Assembly: GCF_001194135.2 (NCBI RefSeq)
Contig: NC_068994.1
Span: 1,957,769 to 2,015,003, forward strand
Origin: Octopus bimaculoides
Lineage: Eukaryota
Length of the DNA stretch: 57,235 nucleotides
Direction: 5' to 3'
Shown: in pieces, positions 48,284 to 57,235 of the stretch
Numbering within the stretch: the stretch's first letter is position 1
Layout: each line of letters starts with the position of its first letter
Translations under genes and position numbers: made by a program
Notes under the pieces: generated by a model
The model's database searches: none
What the model was told of the DNA's origin: nothing
The model's input: the letters and a program-made list of their open reading frames with translations, nothing else

Positions 48284-49350
48284 CAGACAGACAGGTAAAG
48301 AAGAGAGAGAGAGAGAGATTTCAGCACTGACACTCCCCATCCACCACCATCCACCCCTTCTGGTTAATTTCTTCCTGTTTTTTGTCTCCACACAGACCAA
48401 AGATTTGGCGCCATTCAGTTGTAAAGCTTCCATATGTTTCTAATGACATGATGACATAGAGTTCTAATTGGCATTCCACGGAGAAGACAACTAGCATTTC
48501 AACGGATTCTTAGTACTACAATATATATATATATATGTGTGTGTGTGTATATATATATATGCATCAATATATATTTATACTTAAATTTACATTATATGTT
48601 TATATACATTTATACACACACATATATGCATATATAGTCTTATATGTATATAGATTGTCAGATCCAAATTATATACATACATTCATATACTTACACAAAC
48701 TTATATACACATTACATATATGAGTATATGAGCTTTATTTACATACATATATACAAACACGCACACACACACACAAGCATACACACAAGTGTAAAACATT
48801 ATTCTTATAAACTGGCAATTTTTTTCCAATTAACAAGGAAATTAATTTCACACACATTATTAAACATCGTCTCTTCCCCCCTCTCTCTCTTTCTCCCTCT
48901 CTCTATCCCTTTCTCCTCACCTGTCTCTCATGGTTGAACTGAATCTTGGTCTACATGATAACAAAACAAACTTCCTTGTCCATAGATAGATTTCTCCCTG
49001 TCCATCCATAGTTTTTGCAGAAGGGGTCAATCTCTACCTTCTTTAAGCAAGTATTTTCTATCATAGAACAATGGAGTCCAGGTCAATGGAATCCGGTTGA
49101 TAGAAATTGTGTGAAAGTCTGCTGGAAGGGGTCATTCCTACTTTTGGTTGAGAGACTCAGTCTATCTCCAAGCTTAAAACCCCACCAACTGGAACTTAGG
49201 GGTCTTTAATGGATTAAGAAATGAGGCCAGGTCTTTAATCTGCAGATGACTTACCTGCCGTGCTCACAGCACTCTAGGACATCATGGAAAAAGGGTCTTC
49301 AGACCACTTTTCCTCTAGCCACACAGCCATTTCTTGCATAAAAATATATT

Positions 49351-49391
<41 letters not shown>

Positions 49392-49691
49392 ATGTGTATG
49401 TATATGTGTGTGTGAGTATACATATATTCACATACACATATATATATCAACACCATCATCATCCATTTGTGATGTGTGAAATATTCTCTTTGGTACATTG
49501 TTATGTAACTATGCATCTGTATGTGTGCACATATATACACATATATGTATATAAGGTTTCTAAAATGTGTGTGCACTTTTGAAATGGAGTTCATGATGTA
49601 ACTGACCATAAATTATGGAACAGCTGTAAACAAACAAACTTAAATCTCATTTACCTCTCACTTTTCTGGATATTAATTAACTAAATAAATT

Positions 49692-49742
<51 letters not shown>

Positions 49743-50659
49743 CTACATATATGTTTATAGTTTTCAATACTGTGCATCAACAAATGATATAGACATGACC
49801 ACCCCTCCAAAGTCTACCTGGTCACAGACATTCCTTTCGTCTCATTGTTCCAAATCAGTGATTCATTCAGCTTCTCTGCAGCTTGACAGACTGCTTTCTA
49901 TTTGTTGCTAAATAACATGGATACACTTTGACTGGATTGTCATGGCTGGAACATTTTTGATCATTGTTTTACCAGATCAGAGCTGACAAACAACAACAAC
50001 ATTAGTAATGAATGTACCAAGTGGGAGGAGGAGGTGGTGGTATTGAGATACAAGAGCAACAATATCAACAACTGTAGCAACGACAGCAGCAGTAACAACA
50101 ACAAGAATTAGCATCATTATCAACGACAAACAACAACAACAACAAGGAACCACAATAACAATAATAAGGCAATTAACAGTAACAATAGCAACAACAACAA
50201 CCAGAATAATAATTTAATCATCATCATCAACAACAACATCAAGAGTGTGTGTGACTTTATAGCTGTGTGTTTATATACAGCTTTGTGTGCGTTTGGAAAC
50301 CTCCTCTTTATGTGTACCTCTATTCATATAGCTGTGGGTGTGTGTGTGTGTGTGTATGTGCATGCGTGTGTGAATGTGCATGTGTATACAGGCACAAGCA
50401 TGGTACCTGTGTGTTCAGGTAGAGATGTATTTATATACTAGCATGTGCATACATGAAGGTGCATTTGTTATTGTTGGAAAGCAGTGTATATATAAAGGAA
50501 TATGAGTGCAAACAGGTGTGTGTGTGTGTGTGTATGTATATATATATATATATGTATATATATNNNNNNNNNNNNNNNNNNNNNNNNNNNNNNNNNNNNN
50601 NNNNNNNNNNNNNNNNNNNNNNNNNNNNNNNNNNNNNNNNNNNNNNNNNNNNNNNNNNN

Positions 50660-50697
<38 letters not shown>

Positions 50698-51171
50698 TTT
50701 TCTACCTTTCTGGCAATTAAAAAATAAAAATTTAAGCTCAGGTATTGAGTTCATTTGTTCCTTTACTTATAACAAAGCTCTGTGTGTGTGTGTCTCTGTG
50801 TGCGTATGTGTCTGTCTGTGTGTGTCTGTGTGTCTGTGTCTCTGTGTGTTCATGTCATGTTATATATAAAAATAATTGCATATCAAACCGAAAAATTACT
50901 CAATACTTTATAGCTGAGTATATTTTAAGTAACTTTGAAGTCACTGTCACCCTTTCCTTTCAAAAAGTTAAAATATATACATATGTATATATGTATATGT
51001 ATATGTATGTGTGTATATATATGTATGTATATATATATATATATATCTGTGTGTGTGTGTATATATATATGTATATAAACATTCACACAATATTCCTACT
51101 AAATATGTCCAGGCTCTACCATATGTACATACATGGTATTGCTACCACCCACACACACCCACATATACATG

Positions 51172-51212
<41 letters not shown>

Positions 51213-51580
51213 TTATATAAACATTTATACATACATATATATATAAGTTGATACATATGTATATAAATATATATATATATATATACATATCATACACACA
51301 CACAAACTTACACACATGTCCTTTAACACATACATCTCCTTACAATATACACCATACCACTCTCCACACCATGCCCATCACCACTTAGATCCATAACTAG
51401 GTCCAACAATGTACTATAACAATATAGTCCTCTGGGCAAATCTGTGATTTTGGCAACGTTTCCTGGGAATGTCTTTTAGAGAAACAGAAAGCGTGTTTAT
51501 GTGTCCGTGTGTATGTATGTATGTGTCTGTCTGTTTGTGTGTGAGTGTGTATAACACACACATACTATAAAAGTATATGA

Positions 51581-51641
<61 letters not shown>

Positions 51642-51914
51642 TATATGGACACGCACACACAAGTAGAAATGTGTGTATTTATGTATATGTGACTCTGTCT
51701 ATAAATACAGATGATAAAAACCAATAAACACTGTCATGTATGTATAATGAGTGTATATAACATATAAATATATACACAATATGAATCTGACCATATTTCA
51801 ATAAATGTCCAATGTGCAAACATTGATTCATTACAATTCTATACACACTCATATACACACATAAACACACAAACCATGCACATATGTACATATATGTAGA
51901 AACATCTACACACT

Positions 51915-51946
<32 letters not shown>

Positions 51947-52534
51947 ATTATATATATATATATGTATGTGCTTATACACACACACATATATATATATATA
52001 TACATATATGCATGTATGTGTGTGTGTGTGGATGTACATGTGTATGTGTGTGCATGTATGTATATAGATGTGTATACAGCAGTACAGTGGAGCGCAGTTG
52101 AGCTACACTAGAAGCACACATCTAGCAGAACAAAAGCTGGAACATCCCAGTAGTCTCTCAGTCTCCGCTTCATCGACTCTTAGAACCGCGGGCTGGAAGC
52201 TGCAAAAGATTGAGAAAACAACATTAAAATGTAAAGTTGATATTAGCATCTGTAGAGAAGAGAAGATAAGGCGGCATCTAACATCATCCCAGTGTATCAA
52301 ATATAAGTTGTGTTACGGTTATCTGCAGGCAAGAGATTTCAGAGGGAATAGTGCACAGCAGGCAGCAGCAGGACTGGAAAATGCAGAGATACAGGCATAG
52401 ATATGTAACATACACACACACACACACACACACACATATGTATATACATATATGTATGTGTACATAATTATATACATATACATATATGTATATATTTATG
52501 TATGTATATATGTGTGTGTATATGTATGTTTATA

Positions 52535-52610
<76 letters not shown>

Positions 52611-52768
52611 TATAATATATATATCAATATATATATAGCTATAGGTTTGGTGATACAAACAGCAAAATAGAACTAAAAATATAAGTATGTATTTATTTTT
52701 ATTATTAATCTGCAGAAGTTTGTACTGTTCTAAACTTTACTGTGGTCTAATGTAGTATTGCTTAATAT

Positions 52769-53042
52769 AGGTCTCTGGCTCTGTGGTTAGAATACTCAGC
52801 TCAAGATCATAAGGTTATAAGTTCAATCCCTGGTGTGTGTTATGTCTTTGAGCAAAGCACTTTATTTCTCATTGTTCCAGTTCACTCAGCTGGCAAAAAT
52901 GAGCTGTACCTGTAACTCAGGTCACGTATCATGCTGAATCTTCCTGAGAACTATGTAATGGGTTCATGTGTCTGTGGAGTGCTCAGCCACTTGCACGTTC
53001 ATTTCATGAGCAAGCTGTTCTGTTGACTGGATCAACTGGAAT
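52769..53042 (+). mobile_element. tRNA-type SINE family D
   Basis: TGGCTCTGTGG A box and AGTTCAATCCC B box, then TCTTTGAGCAAAGCACTTTATTT and the body. Confidence 0.75.
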
Positions 53043-53865
53043 GCAGATCATAATAACCAAAGGTGTGCCAGGTAGAATATGGTACCGTTTAGTGTTTGCA
53101 CCAGTAGCATCGTATAATCGAATATTGTAATGTCACTAACATAACCAAATCCAACGAGTGACACCAGCCAAAGAGAAAGGAGTTCTGGTGCAACTTTGGC
53201 ACATTTTTGATTCTGGCAGAGATTAAAGAAATCCCCAATAAAAATTCCTGAAATATCACTACATGTCAATATAACATTTGGCCAGGCTGTGGTACTTTTC
53301 CAGAGCCATGTCATTTATAAAGCTACATATATATTAGCCATTATTGAGGCTAAAGTTGACCCCATAGCTATACCTGACAGGTGCAACTTCAGATGAATGC
53401 TTTTTAGCCATAACTCAATTCTGAAATGAGGGAAAGGCAGTCCAACAATGACAATCCCATCGCTTTCTTTTAAAGCACACTATTCTCAGACTACATTATT
53501 CTGTGTCATTCCTTTAAGGACATTACATCATGATCTGAGGTAGATTTCACTGCTATTTCTAGCTGGCCATGTTATTTGATAAGAGCTGCTTCAGTTATGT
53601 AAGAAGTAGAAGGCTTTACAATGGACACTGTCTTCTCCAAGGAGGGGAAAAAAAGAAAACTACAATTATTGGCATTTGAACTCAGAAACTCTGTAAACAT
53701 GTTGGTGGAAGTAATTAATGTTTATTGTCCTGGCCAGCTACAGCAATAACGACAATGGTGATGGTCTTAATGATGATGATGATAATGATGATGATGACAA
53801 CGATAAGAATGATTGTGGGGATGATGATGACATTAGTAATTACAACAATAAAGGAGAAATGAGTG

Positions 53866-53906
<41 letters not shown>

Positions 53907-54332
53907 AATAAAAATGAGAGAGACAAGAGTTAGAGGCAGAAAGGGGGAAAGAGACAAGTGAGAGGTAGAGAGTGGGGAGGGAGAGACACTAGCAGTGGTT
54001 TTGAAGTGATCTAATGAGAGTGAAAGGTATGAATGAGTTGACTTGATTAAGATATTTGAGTGACAAGGAACATTGATGACATATTGACTGACATCGACCG
54101 AGGAAGATGGCTGCCATGGTAGGTTGGGGGAGGGTGTGAAAAATTTGAGAGAAGTGGGAGGAGAGAAGAGATGAGGAGGGTGCTAGAGATTTTAAGATAA
54201 AGACATTCAGTAAGGAGTCTTTGTGTGGTCTTTCAACCTGCTAAAACTAGCAGCAAAATCTACCTCACATCACACACCACATAAAAAATCTGTCTGAAAT
54301 TCTATTTGACAATGTAATCCATTATATATTAT

Positions 54333-54414
54333 AACACACAGCCTGGTCCAGGAATTGGACTCACTACCTCTTGATTGTAAGCCTAATGCTTTAACCACTG
54401 AGCCATGTGTCTTC
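54333..54414 (-). mobile_element. SINE family D head
   Basis: Reverse complement reads CATGGCTCAGTGGTTAAAGC...GAGGTAGTGAGTCCAATTCCTGGACCAGGCTGTGTGTT. Confidence 0.6.
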
Positions 54415-54984
54415 TTGGAAGCATAATAATATATTGAATTATCATTCAGTTGCACAAATGGTTTTTTTGTAAAAACAGCAAGTATTCATTATAGAATTTT
54501 AAAGTTACCTACATACATCCCTTTATATTTTTGTAACATCATTAATTTTTTTTATTTATATTTACATATTTTGAAATCAATAACTGATTGTGTGAAAGTA
54601 TTTATAGCTAATGATTCAGATTCTAATGATGATATCATCCTTACTGTGAATCATTTTAAATAAAGATACAATCAACATAAATATACTTACAGAAATCTTT
54701 AAACAGCTCTCACCAAAAATTGTCATTGAGATATTAGAATGTTAGAAAGTATAAAAACATTGAGGAAATATTCAGACATACCAAATATTATATTTAGGGT
54801 AAAAATGGGTGTCTTCCATGTATTCCAGAAAATAAAAATGAATAGATTGTCCCACAGCAATTCTATTGCAAATATTCTTGTGGGCTACATAAATTCAAAT
54901 TTTTTGCTGAAATATATTTAAATACCTAATGGCCAAATGCTAAACACCTTCATTTCATAATATCAAAGCTGCTCTAAGGTAATA

Positions 54985-55182
54985 TACTTAGCACACCTGG
55001 CAAAATTATTAGTGGCATTTCGTCCATATTTATGTTCTGAGTTCAAATTCTGCCACGGTCAACTATGTGTTTCATCCTTTTGGGGTCATTAAAATAAGTA
55101 CCATTCATGTACTGGGGTTGATGCAATTGATTTAACCCCTCCTCTGAAATTGCTGGCCTTGTGCCAAAATTTGAAACCAATA
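54985..55182 (+). mobile_element. SINE family B, near full length
   Basis: GTTCTGAGTTCAAATTCTGCCACGGTCAAC...TTTCATCCTTTTGGGGTC...TGCTGGCCTTGTGCCAAAATTTGAAACC. Confidence 0.8.
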
Positions 55183-55645
55183 TTAAAGCTTCTTAACACC
55201 AGACAGTTTCATATAGTATCACAGACTAAACAAATTAAATGGTTAACTTTTGTCAATGAGGATCTCATATTTAATGTTTTTGTTGTATTATATCAATGTT
55301 TTTTTTTTTGTTGAAATATTTCCATCTATGCAATGGACGAACATCAGACATTGATACCTCATACTGTTATAAGCTCCAAACAAATCAAAAGATTTTTCTA
55401 TTGTTAATGGATATCAAATAATCACCGTTTTATATTTCAGATATCAGTAACAGATTTATTGATACATTTCTGTTATTGATTTAGAATTGATAACAAATGA
55501 AACACAAAATTACAATTTGAGAAAATTCAGTTCACATCTATATATCTGTAAACCTATCAAACTGTCTATTTATATATTTATCAATCGATATACCTATCTA
55601 TCAATCTATTTATCTGTGTGTCTATTTCTCTATCCATATATATAT

Positions 55646-55724
<79 letters not shown>

Positions 55725-55759
55725 TATATATGTATGTATATGCATGTATTTGATCTTTT

Positions 55760-55811
55760 GTCTTTTACTTGTTTCAATCATCAGATTGCAGCCATGCTGG
55801 GGCACTGCCTT
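55760..55811 (-). mobile_element. SINE family A tail fragment
   Basis: CTTTTACTTGTTTCAATCATCAGATTGCAGCCATGCTGGGGCACTGCCTTG. Confidence 0.65.
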
Positions 55812-56744
55812 GAAAGGACTTGGGTCCTTGTACCCTAAATATATGAAGGCTTTTTAACTTTTGCCTCTGCATTATTAGAATTGTTCCTCATTTCCCTTTT
55901 CATTTATTATTCTACTTACACACACACACACACACAGACAAACAGACAGGCAGACAGATAGATAAACATATATATACATATAAATGCACATATATATAAA
56001 CATGATAATAGATATATATTCAATATATGTGTATATATAAATATTCATACATGTATATATACACGTGTGTGTGTGTGAGAGAGAGAGTTTGCATATGTGT
56101 GTGTGTCTGTGTTTGTGTGTCTAACAGGCAATAGGTGTTTGCACACAGAAAACCAGACTAGTCAATCCATGCAGTAGAGCGAAATATTTCTAATGATATA
56201 GCCTGTTAGTGACAGTACATTGTTACTGGCAAACATTCAGTAAATGTTTGTGTCTGTTGTCTGATGATCATCCCCATCTCCTGGACATGAAACTAGTATG
56301 TGCCTAGGAATAACTATTGATATAAGGAGATATACATGAAAATATAAATGTACGTCTGTATTTACAGTGTGTATATTATATATTTATGCATTTGTGTACA
56401 TCTGAATGTGTGTGTGTGTACACAGAAATATACTCTCAATTATATATATGTATGTATATGTGTATATAAATATGCATATATTTATATATGTTCATGTGTT
56501 TATATACATACACATGTAGGAAGAGAGAAAGAGAGATAGACAGATGGATAGATAGATGGATGGATGGACAGACAGACCGACAGACAGACAGACAGACAGA
56601 TAGATAGATAGATAGACAGACAGAGAGATATATATATGTATGCAGAAATCTGACTGTACGTTTATATGTGTATGTAAAAATACCTGTATCATACATATGT
56701 ATACATGCATATGTGTGTGTGTGTGTGTGTGTACATATGTATAA

Positions 56745-56790
<46 letters not shown>

Positions 56791-57198
56791 GTGAGTATAT
56801 ATACGTGCAGAAATCTGTAAGTATGCACATATGCATATGTTTATATGCCAGCTTCATCCATATGTATGTCTCCATGTGTGTAAATGAAGGTAGTTGAAAT
56901 TAGCACTTATTCAATTTATGCATTCTGAAACTGCAAGCAGGAATCCATCAGAGATTCTAAACTGATTATTGTGATAACAGGCAACTCTATGGAATGGTAA
57001 CAGTTCATAGAGTTGACTTATGTCAGTCATGTGACACTAATTAACCAATGGAAAGCTCTGCTCTATGCTAATTGCTAACCTTCTTGCTATATTATCTGTA
57101 ACGAGTATCTTTCGCTTGTTCCCCGACTCTCCTACTCTTCCATACCTACTTGCAGATATACATACATGTGTGTGTGTGTATGTATATGTATATATATC

Positions 57199-57235
<37 letters not shown>

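Noticed and set aside
53048-53314. 88-aa hydrophobic minus-strand ORF
   Set aside because: No recognisable domain and no convincing donor; the length is within the chance range.
56982-57015. 10-12-bp hairpin CAACTCTATG/CATAGAGTTG
   Set aside because: The stem does not extend into the flanks, and no known small RNA was recognised.

Overview
AT-rich animal genomic DNA from a gapped draft assembly (14 N-runs). It is dominated by (TA)n/(CA)n/(GA)n and trinucleotide microsatellites and by decayed transposons. The SINE and RTE-tail families resemble repeats I recall from Octopus, so an octopus/coleoid source is an inference, not a database result. No complete or nameable protein-coding gene is visible, and nearly all track ORFs are microsatellite or N-gap artefacts. 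Supported content: RTE-clade LINE fragments; at least four tRNA-type SINE families; Penelope-like (PLE) relics (RT with YRDD, GIY-YIG, pseudo-LTRs); two opposed DD41D-type Tc1/mariner transposase fragments; hAT-, Tigger- and possibly Harbinger-type MITEs; three minisatellites. A few weak minus-strand exon candidates suggest the window may be intronic to a large gene. The top finding is a 268-bp palindrome (21131-21398). Its left arm reads on the minus strand as a complete minimal type-I hammerhead ribozyme with the C3-G8 core pair swapped to G3-C8 and a self-complementary helix III for dimerisation. Its right arm is a disabled mirror copy. Decayed canonical-core hammerhead motifs lie at about 10.1, 11.75, 11.93 and 28.5 kb. 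Repeat boundaries are by eye and approximate.
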